Assembly: GCA_902585315.1 (NCBI GenBank)
Contig: CACIDC010000001.1
Location: 102,520-166,519, forward strand
Length of the DNA: 64,000 bases
Direction: 5' to 3'
DNA from: an uncultured SAR86 cluster bacterium
GTDB taxonomy: Bacteria; Pseudomonadota; Gammaproteobacteria; Magnimaribacterales; TMED112
Numbering within the stretch: the stretch's first letter is position 1; every line of letters begins with the position of its first letter. Below are positions 8,947-17,251 of this stretch, piece after piece. Both the position numbers and the translations under genes were made by a program. The notes beneath the pieces were generated by a model. It ran no database searches, was not told the DNA's origin, and saw only the letters and a list, made by a program, of their open reading frames with translations.

Positions 8947-9702
8947 ATGAGCGAAAAAGATAATCAAAAAGTATATTTCGGAGATAAAAAAGTTTCGAAA
9001 GACATAAAAAAAGATGGCGTAGAAGAGATTTTTACCAAAGTATCTGATAACTATGACTTGATGAATGACATGATGTCTGTCGGAATGCACAGGTTGTGGA
9101 AAAGGTCATTTATCGACACAGCAAATATTCAAAAAGATCATGTTTGTCTTGATTTAGCAGCAGGCACTGGTGATATCGCTAAACTTATTGCACAAAAAGT
9201 CTCAAAAAAAAGCATCTATTTGTGTGATCAAAATAAAGAAATGATTGAAAAAGCAAAAGAAAGGTCGCTCAATGAAGGTTTTTTTAATAAGTGTCATTTT
9301 CAAGTTTCTAGTGCTGAAAAATTACCGTTCACAGATGAACAATTTGATCACGTATTCATATCTTTCGGTTTTAGAAACTTTTCAGATAAGAGCCAAAGCT
9401 TGTTAGAAATAAAAAGGGTACTAAAAAAGGCAGGAGTATTACATATTTTAGAATTTTCAAAAGTTGAAAATAAAACTTTTTCTAAAATTTATGATTTTTA
9501 TAGCTACAACTTTATCCCTTTGATGGGCCAAGCAATCTCAGGAGATAAAAAAAGTTATGACTACTTAGTTAAATCAATAAGAACTCATGAAAGCCAAGAA
9601 GATATGTTGAAACTTTTTAATAAAGCTGGTTTTAAAGACAACAATTATGAAAATATGTTTAATGGTATTGTGTCCCTTCATAGAGGAAGAAAATGCCCAT
9701 AA
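8947..9702 (+). CDS. ubiE: ubiquinone/menaquinone biosynthesis C-methyltransferase
   Basis: 251 aa. YDLMNDMMS and LDLAAGTGD SAM-binding motifs. Confidence 0.9.
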   Translation: MSEKDNQKVYFGDKKVSKDIKKDGVEEIFTKVSDNYDLMNDMMSVGMHRLWKRSFIDTANIQKDHVCLDLAAGTGDIAKLIAQKVSKKSIYLCDQNKEMIEKAKERSLNEGFFNKCHFQVSSAEKLPFTDEQFDHVFISFGFRNFSDKSQSLLEIKRVLKKAGVLHILEFSKVENKTFSKIYDFYSYNFIPLMGQAISGDKKSYDYLVKSIRTHESQEDMLKLFNKAGFKDNNYENMFNGIVSLHRGRKCP

Positions 9703-11084
9703 TACGTTTATTAAAAATTTTTGCTGTCTTAAGAAATACCGGCATTTTTAATACTTTCATAAAAGGCTTTAATCCATTTTTAAAAACCTTTAGTTCAAAA
9801 AATAATATTGAGCAAAATTTTAGGAAAACATTAGAAAGTCTTGGACCTGTATTTATCAAATTGGGGCAACTCCTTTCAACAAGAACAGACATTATTTCCA
9901 AAGAATTAGCTGCAGAACTAAACAACTTAACCGATAATTGCGAACCCATTGAATACAATTACATTAAAGACCAACTAATTGCTAATCTCGGTGACAATGC
10001 CAAAGATATACTTGAAGATATAGATCCTAAACCGTTAGCATCAGCTTCACTTGCTCAAGTACATAGATTCACTAAAGAAGATGAGAATTTAGTAGTAAAA
10101 GTACAGAAACCTAACTTAGATGAGCAGATAGAGGTGGATATTAAAGCAATAAGGTTGGGTACAAAAATTCTGAGAACATTCTATAAAGGCTACCCAAGAG
10201 TAGATTTAAATTCAGTTGTTGATGATTATGAAAAAATCATTATGAATGAACTAGATTTTCGAATAGAAGCGGCTAATGCAAAAAAAACTTATCAAAACTT
10301 CACAGAGAACAACTACCTATACGTACCTAAAATTCTTGATAAATATACGACGAAAAAAATACTTGTGATGGAATATATTGATGGTATTCCCATTACCAAT
10401 ATTGCACACCTCAAGAAACATAATTTAAATCTTAAAGTACTATCTGAAAACGGAGTAAGGATATTTCTGAAACAAGTTTTTCAAGATAATTTTTTTCATG
10501 CTGATATGCACCCAGGAAATATTTTTGCATCGAAAGAGTCCCCCGAAAAACCTTTTTATTATGCTGTAGATTATGCAATATGTGGATCTTTGACCGAATC
10601 AAATCAAATATTGCTAGCACAAATGATCTCTTGTTTGTTGGAAAGAGACTTTTTCTCTCTTGCGCAGCTTTTTATTTTCGCCGATTGGGTAAAAGAAAAT
10701 ACGAAAACCGAAGAGCTCGAATCAGTTTTGAGAGCAAACTGTGAGAGCCTCCTTGATAAACCACTTTCACAGATATTATTTGGAGAATTACTATTAAATC
10801 TTTTTGATGGGATGAAGCAATTCGACCTATATTTAGATAATGATTTAGTGCTATTAGTTAAAACGCTAATTCATATAGAAGGCATGGGCAGACAAATTTA
10901 TCCAGACCTTGATTTCTGGTCTGTAGCTCAACCATTTATAAAGAAATGGATTGAAGAAAAGTACAGTGTAAAGGGTTTAGTGAAGTATCTTGTATCAAAA
11001 AAACATATACTTACATATATGATTCTTAAAAAATTTGAAGAAGCAAAATATAAATATACAGATAGTGAAGTAGAAGAATTATGA
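9693..11084 (+). CDS. ubiB: ubiquinone biosynthesis ABC1/UbiB-family kinase-like protein
   Basis: 463 aa. GPVFIKLGQLLSTR and ASASLAQVH motifs. Directly follows ubiE. Confidence 0.85.
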   Translation: MPIIRLLKIFAVLRNTGIFNTFIKGFNPFLKTFSSKNNIEQNFRKTLESLGPVFIKLGQLLSTRTDIISKELAAELNNLTDNCEPIEYNYIKDQLIANLGDNAKDILEDIDPKPLASASLAQVHRFTKEDENLVVKVQKPNLDEQIEVDIKAIRLGTKILRTFYKGYPRVDLNSVVDDYEKIIMNELDFRIEAANAKKTYQNFTENNYLYVPKILDKYTTKKILVMEYIDGIPITNIAHLKKHNLNLKVLSENGVRIFLKQVFQDNFFHADMHPGNIFASKESPEKPFYYAVDYAICGSLTESNQILLAQMISCLLERDFFSLAQLFIFADWVKENTKTEELESVLRANCESLLDKPLSQILFGELLLNLFDGMKQFDLYLDNDLVLLVKTLIHIEGMGRQIYPDLDFWSVAQPFIKKWIEEKYSVKGLVKYLVSKKHILTYMILKKFEEAKYKYTDSEVEEL

Positions 11085-11239
11085 GTATTGGGTTTTGGCA
11101 AATATTAGTTGTTCTATTAATAATTCTTATAGTTTTCGGATCTTCTAGAATTAAATCTATAGGTTCAGACCTAGGCAAAGCTCTAAAAGGTTTCAAAAAA
11201 GAAATAAAAGACGAAGATGATCCAAATAGGGATTCTTGA
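11081..11239 (+). CDS. tatA: Sec-independent translocase protein TatA (52 aa)
   Basis: Read by hand, absent from the track: MSIGFWQILVVLLIILIVFGSSRIKSIGSDLGKALKGFKKEIKDEDDPNRDS. It has a TM helix, the FG hinge and an amphipathic helix. The ATGA junction overlaps the ubiB stop. Confidence 0.8.
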   Translation: MSIGFWQILVVLLIILIVFGSSRIKSIGSDLGKALKGFKKEIKDEDDPNRDS

Positions 11240-11447
11240 ACTCATAATAGTTGTATTGGTAATTTTATTTTCTGTAAAACCAGAAAAATTAATGCATTAC
11301 ATCAAGAGCATTTTTAGTCTTTTTCTTCAAATTCAAAACTTTTTTACAAGCACAAAAGAGGATATTGAAAGGGAACTTAATATTCAAGAGCTTAAACAGG
11401 ATATACATAATGAAAATAGGATGAGGGAGCTGGAAAAAGATGAGTGA
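11217..11447 (+). CDS. tatB: Sec-independent translocase protein TatB (short, 76 aa)
   Basis: MIQIGILELIIVVLVILFSVKPEKL resembles the TatB N-terminus. Lies between tatA and tatC. Overlaps tatA by 23 nt. Confidence 0.65.
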   Translation: MIQIGILELIIVVLVILFSVKPEKLMHYIKSIFSLFLQIQNFFTSTKEDIERELNIQELKQDIHNENRMRELEKDE

Positions 11448-12138
11448 AAATCTCGGAACTCATTTTTTAGAGCTAAGAAATCGAATTCTTTATAGTCTCA
11501 GCTTTTTTTTCATAGCTTTTGTATGTATATACCCTTTCAATAATTATTTTTTTAATAATATTGTTGATTACCTACAAACCTTTACAACAATCGATTTAAT
11601 AGCTGTTCAGGTAGCATCTCCATTTATCGTGCCACTAAAACTTTCTGCATTTATCGCAGCTTTGATTTCTATTCCTTTTATGCTTTATCAGGCTCTAGTT
11701 TTTATGTCTCCAGGCTTGTATCCAAGAGAAAGGTCGGTCATTTTTTCCAGAACAATAATTGGCTCTCTTCTCTTTTTTTTGGGCGTTAGTTTTTGCTATC
11801 TTGTTGTTTTGCCTAATGTCCTTAATTTTTTCCAAACTGTAGGTCCTGAGTCAATAAAGGTTAGTACTGATATTTCAAACTTTCTTAGTTTTGTTCTTAC
11901 GTTATCGTTTGGTTTTGGTATTGCCTTCCAAATTCCATTGATTGTAAATGCTCTAATAAAGTTGAAGATTTCAACTAAAATAAAATTGAAGTCCTACAGA
12001 GGTCTTGTGCTGATTCTTTGTTTTATATTCGGAATGATATTTACACCGCCCGATATTATTTCACAGTTTTTAATGGCAGTTCCTATGTATTTGCTTTTTG
12101 AAATTGGATTATTATTTAGCAATGACAAAAAAACGTAA
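11440..12138 (+). CDS. tatC: Sec-independent translocase protein TatC
   Basis: 232 aa, polytopic. HFLELRNR N-terminus is typical of TatC. Confidence 0.88.
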   Translation: MSENLGTHFLELRNRILYSLSFFFIAFVCIYPFNNYFFNNIVDYLQTFTTIDLIAVQVASPFIVPLKLSAFIAALISIPFMLYQALVFMSPGLYPRERSVIFSRTIIGSLLFFLGVSFCYLVVLPNVLNFFQTVGPESIKVSTDISNFLSFVLTLSFGFGIAFQIPLIVNALIKLKISTKIKLKSYRGLVLILCFIFGMIFTPPDIISQFLMAVPMYLLFEIGLLFSNDKKT

Positions 12139-12256
12139 TCTAATCGCTAAAGACCTAAGAACACCAAAATATCGCCTTAAAATTGAGAAAAATAAAAAGA
12201 AGTACACTCGAAAAAATCAGCCTAAAATTGACCCTATCAAACTCGAGAAGAATTGA
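12122..12256 (+). CDS. arfA: alternative ribosome-rescue factor ArfA-like small protein (44 aa)
   Basis: Read by hand: MTKKRNLIAKDLRTPKYRLKIEKNKKKYTRKNQPKIDPIKLEKN. The core P-x-Y-R-x-K-I-E-K-N-K-K...Y-x-R-K resembles E. coli ArfA [21 protein letters not shown], as I recall it. Starts 17 nt inside the tatC 3' end in another frame. Confidence 0.55.
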   Translation: MTKKRNLIAKDLRTPKYRLKIEKNKKKYTRKNQPKIDPIKLEKN

Positions 12257-12274
12257 CTTAATTCACTGAAACAT

Positions 12275-12307
12275 TTATATTACATTTATGTGACATTTAT
12301 GTGACAT
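12275..12307. repeat. three tandem 11-bp direct repeats (TTATATTACAT, TTATGTGACAT, TTATGTGACAT)
   Basis: Seen directly. Period is 11 bp. The repeats lie 19 nt after the arfA-like stop and 24 nt before the GTG of the next ORF. Confidence 0.8.
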
Positions 12308-12331
12308 AAAAAAGTTTTGGAGTTAAGTAAA

Positions 12332-12628
12332 GTGAAAAAAATATTATTTACAGTATCTTTTATATTAATGAGCTTATTTTGTAAGACAGATAATCATATA
12401 CATAAAGATGATATTGATATGGTTTTATTTACAAGTTCAAATAAAGTAATTTTTAAGCTGGTTAATGGAACTTCATTTCAAGGCAATATCTTAATTAAGA
12501 AAAACTGCCCTCTTAAACAAAACTATCACAAAATTTTCTTTAAGAACGATCTTATTACAAATTCACTCATCGTCATGCGTAATAATGGTTTCACTACCTG
12601 TGAGTGGGAAAATCTAACAAAAATTTAA
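12332..12628 (+). CDS. hypothetical small secreted or membrane-anchored protein (orphan)
   Basis: The GTG start is 9 nt after GGAG. The track gives a TTG start at 12317. N-terminal hydrophobic signal KKILFTVSFILMSLFC. Two further Cys residues. No family recognised. Confidence 0.5.
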   Translation: MKKILFTVSFILMSLFCKTDNHIHKDDIDMVLFTSSNKVIFKLVNGTSFQGNILIKKNCPLKQNYHKIFFKNDLITNSLIVMRNNGFTTCEWENLTKI

Positions 12629-12635
12629 TACCTCT

Positions 12636-12673
12636 CAATCGATGCGGGTAATTCCGTATCGATTGGCATTTTT
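12636..12673 (+). terminator. Rho-independent terminator (12-bp stem, 6-nt loop, T5), possibly bidirectional with acs
   Basis: CAATCGATGCGG (12636-12647) pairs with CCGTATCGATTG (12654-12665) with one G-U pair. TTTTT follows at 12669-12673. Confidence 0.65.
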
Positions 12674-14582
12674 ATTGTCTCGAATTAATTAATTCTTCAA
12701 CAATACTCGGATCAGCTAAAGTTGTCACGTCACCTAAATTTGCTGTATCTTTGTTTGCTATTTTTCTAAGAATCCTTCTCATAATTTTTCCAGAGCGAGT
12801 TTTAGGCAGGTCTCTTGTAATATGAATGACTTCTGGTTTTGCAATTTTTCCAATAGATTTTGAGACAGTATCAATAATCTCATTTTCTACCAAGCCATTA
12901 TTTTTTTCAGTATCTTTTAATATTACAAATGCGTAGATAGCTTGCCCCTTTATATCATGCTCTATTCCAACTACTGCCGCTTCAGCTACATCAGGATGCG
13001 TTACAATTGCACTTTCAACTTCTGCTGTTCCAATTCTATGGCCTGAAACATTCAGTACATCATCTACTCTTCCTGTAACCCAGTAATATGCATCAGCATC
13101 TCGTTTTGCTCCATCTCCTGTAAAATATTTTCCTTTGTATTGAGAAAAATAAGTTTGAACCATTCTTTCGTGATCTCCATATACTGTTCTAATCTGGCTT
13201 GGCCAACTTTGATCAATGCATAAATTTCCTTTGCCCTCTCCTATAATTTCAATACCATCGTTATCTACGAGTGAAGGTTTAACTCCAAAAAACGGTAAAG
13301 TTGCTGATCCTGGTTTTTTAGCAGTGATGCCGGCTATTGGACTAATTAATACAGAACCGGTTTCTGTTTGCCACCAAGTGTCAACGACCTCACAGTTTGA
13401 TTTTCCAACTTTTTCAAAATACCACTCCCAAACCTCGGGATTTATTGGCTCGCCAACTGTGCCAAGGACTTTTAGAGAGGATCTGTCTGAGTTTTCTAGG
13501 TACTTATCTCCTTTAGCAATCAAAGCCCTTATTGCAGTTGGAGCAGTATAAAAAATATTGACATGGTGTTGGTCACATACTTCCCAAAATCTTGATGGAT
13601 CTGGATATGTTGGAATTCCTTCAAACATTAATGTTGTGGCACCATTTGAAAGAGGCCCATATACAATATAAGTGTGGCCTGTTACCCAACCAACGTCAGC
13701 TGTGCACCAATAGACGTCTTCTGAAGAAAATCCAAAGATATATTTGAATGACATTGTAGCCCCTAATAAGTAGCCACCTGTTGTATGCATTACGCCTTTT
13801 GGTTTTCCTGTTGAGCCTGATGTATACAAAATAAATGATGGGTCTTCTGCATGCATTTTTTCTGGCTTACAAACATCGGGCATTTGACTGATAAGCTCGT
13901 TATAACAAACATCTCTAGAATCAACCCAGTCTATTTTTGCATTGGTATATTTAAAAACGATTGTTTTTTGCACGTTTGGACAATTCTTCAAAGCAATATC
14001 AATATTTTCTTTTAGGTTTACTCTCTTTCCACCTCTAATTCCTTCGTCTGCTGTGATTACATATTGGCAATCTGAATCTAGAATTCTTGAACTAATTGCT
14101 TCTGGAGAAAACCCACCAAATACTACAGAATGTATCGCGCCTATTCGCATACAAGCCAACATTGAATAAGCTGCCTCAGGAATCATAGGCATGTAAATGC
14201 ATACTCTGTCGCCCTTTTTGACGCCAATTGATTTTAGTCCGTTAGCTAACTTGCTCACCTCAGTTAATAATTGGTCATAAGATATATTTTTTGTATTTTC
14301 TTTTTCGTCACCCTGCCAAATAATTGCTGTTTTATTAGGGTTTTTTGCTGCATGGCGATCGATACAGTTATGAGTAATATTAAGCACCCCATCTTTAAAC
14401 CAAGTTGGTTTAGTAATTTTTCCAGAATAACCTACGCTAGGTTTTTCAAACCAATCCAATTCTTTAAGTGCGTGCTCAAGAAAAAATGAGCTTGGATCAG
14501 TAACAGATTTCTCATACATATGCCTGTATTCATCTAAATCTTTTAAGTTTGGGTTCTTAAAATCTTTTATATCAAAATTCAT
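12672..14582 (-). CDS. acs: acetyl-CoA synthetase
   Basis: 636 aa. [14 protein letters not shown]-binding motif. Collinear with Acs over its whole length. Confidence 0.95.
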   Translation of the reverse strand: MNFDIKDFKNPNLKDLDEYRHMYEKSVTDPSSFFLEHALKELDWFEKPSVGYSGKITKPTWFKDGVLNITHNCIDRHAAKNPNKTAIIWQGDEKENTKNISYDQLLTEVSKLANGLKSIGVKKGDRVCIYMPMIPEAAYSMLACMRIGAIHSVVFGGFSPEAISSRILDSDCQYVITADEGIRGGKRVNLKENIDIALKNCPNVQKTIVFKYTNAKIDWVDSRDVCYNELISQMPDVCKPEKMHAEDPSFILYTSGSTGKPKGVMHTTGGYLLGATMSFKYIFGFSSEDVYWCTADVGWVTGHTYIVYGPLSNGATTLMFEGIPTYPDPSRFWEVCDQHHVNIFYTAPTAIRALIAKGDKYLENSDRSSLKVLGTVGEPINPEVWEWYFEKVGKSNCEVVDTWWQTETGSVLISPIAGITAKKPGSATLPFFGVKPSLVDNDGIEIIGEGKGNLCIDQSWPSQIRTVYGDHERMVQTYFSQYKGKYFTGDGAKRDADAYYWVTGRVDDVLNVSGHRIGTAEVESAIVTHPDVAEAAVVGIEHDIKGQAIYAFVILKDTEKNNGLVENEIIDTVSKSIGKIAKPEVIHITRDLPKTRSGKIMRRILRKIANKDTANLGDVTTLADPSIVEELINSRQ

Positions 14583-15111
14583 TTAATTTTATAGATTTAA
14601 TGAGCTCTTCAATCGTGTCTGCAACAAAAAGCTTATGAGAAATTGATGGCAACATGCCAAGCTCAACGTTTTTCTCCAACCATTTTAAAATGTCTGTCCA
14701 ACAATCATTTTTATTAAAAATAAAGATATTTTTGTCAATTAGAGTGAGTGAAAGATGATTAAAAACATCAAAAAATTCGTCTGCTGTGCCAACTCCACCA
14801 GGCATGACAACAAAAAAGTCTGATTGATCGATTAAACTTTTTTTTCGAAGGTAAAAATTTGTTTGCACTTCTTCTTCATCTAAATAGTTGGGTTTAATTT
14901 TCTCGTTATCAAACATAGGCAAAGTTATACCTTTGATTTTTCCATTTTTGTTTGACACTTTTTTAGATAACTCACCCATCAAACCTCTCTTGCCACCACC
15001 ATAAACAAGTTTTAATTTTGATTCTGATATAAATTCAGCAAGTATATCAAGGTCACTTTCTAAATTTAATTTTGGTGTCAGAGATGATAAAAAGACACCA
15101 ATGGATTTCAC
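14572..15111 (-). CDS. LOG family (TIGR00730) nucleotide 5'-monophosphate nucleosidase-like protein
   Basis: 179 aa. GGGKRGLMG and [10 protein letters not shown] motifs. Confidence 0.8.
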   Translation of the reverse strand: MKSIGVFLSSLTPKLNLESDLDILAEFISESKLKLVYGGGKRGLMGELSKKVSNKNGKIKGITLPMFDNEKIKPNYLDEEEVQTNFYLRKKSLIDQSDFFVVMPGGVGTADEFFDVFNHLSLTLIDKNIFIFNKNDCWTDILKWLEKNVELGMLPSISHKLFVADTIEELIKSIKLNEF

Positions 15112-16125
15112 TTATTCCTCTAAGCTGTGACTCCACTTTCCAAGTGAAGCAAGTTTATTCATTTCGGCTCTGTGAGAAAATGCATCTTGAGCTGCGGAAA
15201 TATTCTCTTTTTTACCTAACCATGCTGAAAGTGCTGATGCTTGAAGCGCTCTTCCATAAGAAAAACTTAACTTCCATGGGAAACCACCAATTTTATTCAT
15301 CATATTAAGGTGTTCAGTTGATTCTATTTCTGTTTGACCACCGGATAAGAATGCAATACCTGGTAATTCTGTAGGAACATTATCGTTGAGACATTTAACA
15401 GTAGCTTCAGCAACCTCCTCAACTGTTGCTGCATGTGCGTGGTCTAGGCCTGGTGTCACCATATTTGGTTTTAATATGGTTCCAGAAATATCGACATCAT
15501 AACTATCAAGATAATCAAAAAGCGATTTTATTGATCTGCTTGTGGCATCGTAACAATCTTCAATCGAATGTTCGCCATTAATAAGCACCTCTGGCTCAAC
15601 TATTGGAACCATGCCATGTTTTTGTGCAGTTTTAGCATAACTTGCAAGTGCTTCCATATTTGCATCTATGCATTCTTGTGATGGAATGTTTTGACCTATA
15701 CTTATGACGGCCCTCCATTTAGTAAATTTTGCGCCAAGTGCAGCATATTCTGCACACCTTTCATCAAGATCATCTAAACCTTGAGTTAATGTTTCAATTT
15801 CTGAGCCATTAAAAGGTTGTAAACCTTTATCAACCTTTATGCCAGGAAGCGCACCCCTCTCAACAATTATTTCTACTAATGACTTCCCTGAATCAGAGTG
15901 TTGTCGAATAGTTTCATCAAATAGGATTACTCCACCTATGTTTTTTTTCATGCCCTCGGAAGTAAAAAGGAGCTCTCTATAGTCCCTCCTGTTTTCTTCA
16001 GTACTTTCTACAGATATAGAATCGAATCTTTTTTTACAGGTTGGATTGCTTTCATCTGCAGCAAGGATACCTTTACCATCAGCAACAATATATTTTGCTA
16101 TTTCAGATAAACTTGAGAAATTCAT
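15112..16125 (-). CDS. fba: fructose-bisphosphate aldolase, class I (animal/plant-like type)
   Basis: 337 aa. GKGILAADES, IVEPEVL, LKPNMVTPG and FSYGRALQASAL are collinear with class I aldolases. Confidence 0.92.
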   Translation of the reverse strand: MNFSSLSEIAKYIVADGKGILAADESNPTCKKRFDSISVESTEENRRDYRELLFTSEGMKKNIGGVILFDETIRQHSDSGKSLVEIIVERGALPGIKVDKGLQPFNGSEIETLTQGLDDLDERCAEYAALGAKFTKWRAVISIGQNIPSQECIDANMEALASYAKTAQKHGMVPIVEPEVLINGEHSIEDCYDATSRSIKSLFDYLDSYDVDISGTILKPNMVTPGLDHAHAATVEEVAEATVKCLNDNVPTELPGIAFLSGGQTEIESTEHLNMMNKIGGFPWKLSFSYGRALQASALSAWLGKKENISAAQDAFSHRAEMNKLASLGKWSHSLEE

Positions 16126-16132
16126 TGAGATG

Positions 16133-17251
16133 CTATTTTAACCTTAAAGCTTCTATAGATGGTAGTTTATTTCCTGATAAGTACTCTAAAAAAGCGCCGC
16201 CAGCTGTAGACACGTAATGAAATTTGTTAGTTTCTGAGAATTTATTGATGGCAAATAGAGTTTCACCTCCACCTGCGATTACTTTTGATTTTGAATTTTC
16301 TAAAAAACCTATCAATTGTTTTGTTCCATTTGAGAATTGATCTATCTCAAAAATACCAAGCGGCCCGTTCCAAATAATATATTCATGATCAACAGGTATT
16401 ATTTCTTCATTTAGTTCTATATCTAAAATCATTTTATTTTTAGGAACATCTTCAACAGAAACTAAGTTTACTTGATTTGATTGAGGCGATTCTGCTACAT
16501 AAACACTTTTTGGAAGAATGATTTTATTTGTCGTGAGTAATTCTTTTGCGGTGTCTAACATATTATCTTCAACAAGTGAGTTTCCAATAGGTTTACCAGC
16601 AGCTTTTAAAAAAGTATTAGCTATTCCACCACCAACAACAACTGAACAGGACTTAGTGAGTAAATTTTCAATTACTTTTAATTTTGTTGATACTTTTGAA
16701 CCTCCTACTATGCTCAGAATTTGTTTGTTTTCTTCTAATGCTGACTCTAAATTTTTTATTTCATCTGAAAATAAAAGTCCAGCACATGCATTTTTAGATA
16801 ATTCTATTGCACCAAATGTAGAAGCAGCTGATCTATGAGCAGTAGCAAAAGCATCCATAACATAAACATCAAAAACATTTGCTATTTGCATAGACAAATT
16901 TTTATCATTATCTTTCTCCCCTTTGAAAAACCTAATATTCTCCATAAAACAAATATTTTCCGGAATATTCTCAAAATTATTAAGAAGCTCTATATCCAAA
17001 TTTAATCTTTTTTCAAACCACTTCTTAATTGGCATAACTGATTGATTAATATCAAATTCGCCCTCTCTTGGTCTACCAAGATGTGTAATAACACATAACT
17101 TTTGAGTATGTTTTAATATGTAAAGTATTGTCGGAAGAGCAGCTGAAAGCCTTTCATGGCTGAGAATTTCACCATTTTCAATAGGAACATTTAAATCTAC
17201 TCTCAGACCTACTTTCTTATCTTTAATAACTGTCTGTTCAAGATGATTCAT
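16133..17251 (-). CDS. pgk: phosphoglycerate kinase
   Basis: 372 aa. RVDLNVP, HLGRP and WNGPLGIFE motifs. Confidence 0.92.
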   Translation of the reverse strand: MNHLEQTVIKDKKVGLRVDLNVPIENGEILSHERLSAALPTILYILKHTQKLCVITHLGRPREGEFDINQSVMPIKKWFEKRLNLDIELLNNFENIPENICFMENIRFFKGEKDNDKNLSMQIANVFDVYVMDAFATAHRSAASTFGAIELSKNACAGLLFSDEIKNLESALEENKQILSIVGGSKVSTKLKVIENLLTKSCSVVVGGGIANTFLKAAGKPIGNSLVEDNMLDTAKELLTTNKIILPKSVYVAESPQSNQVNLVSVEDVPKNKMILDIELNEEIIPVDHEYIIWNGPLGIFEIDQFSNGTKQLIGFLENSKSKVIAGGGETLFAINKFSETNKFHYVSTAGGAFLEYLSGNKLPSIEALRLK

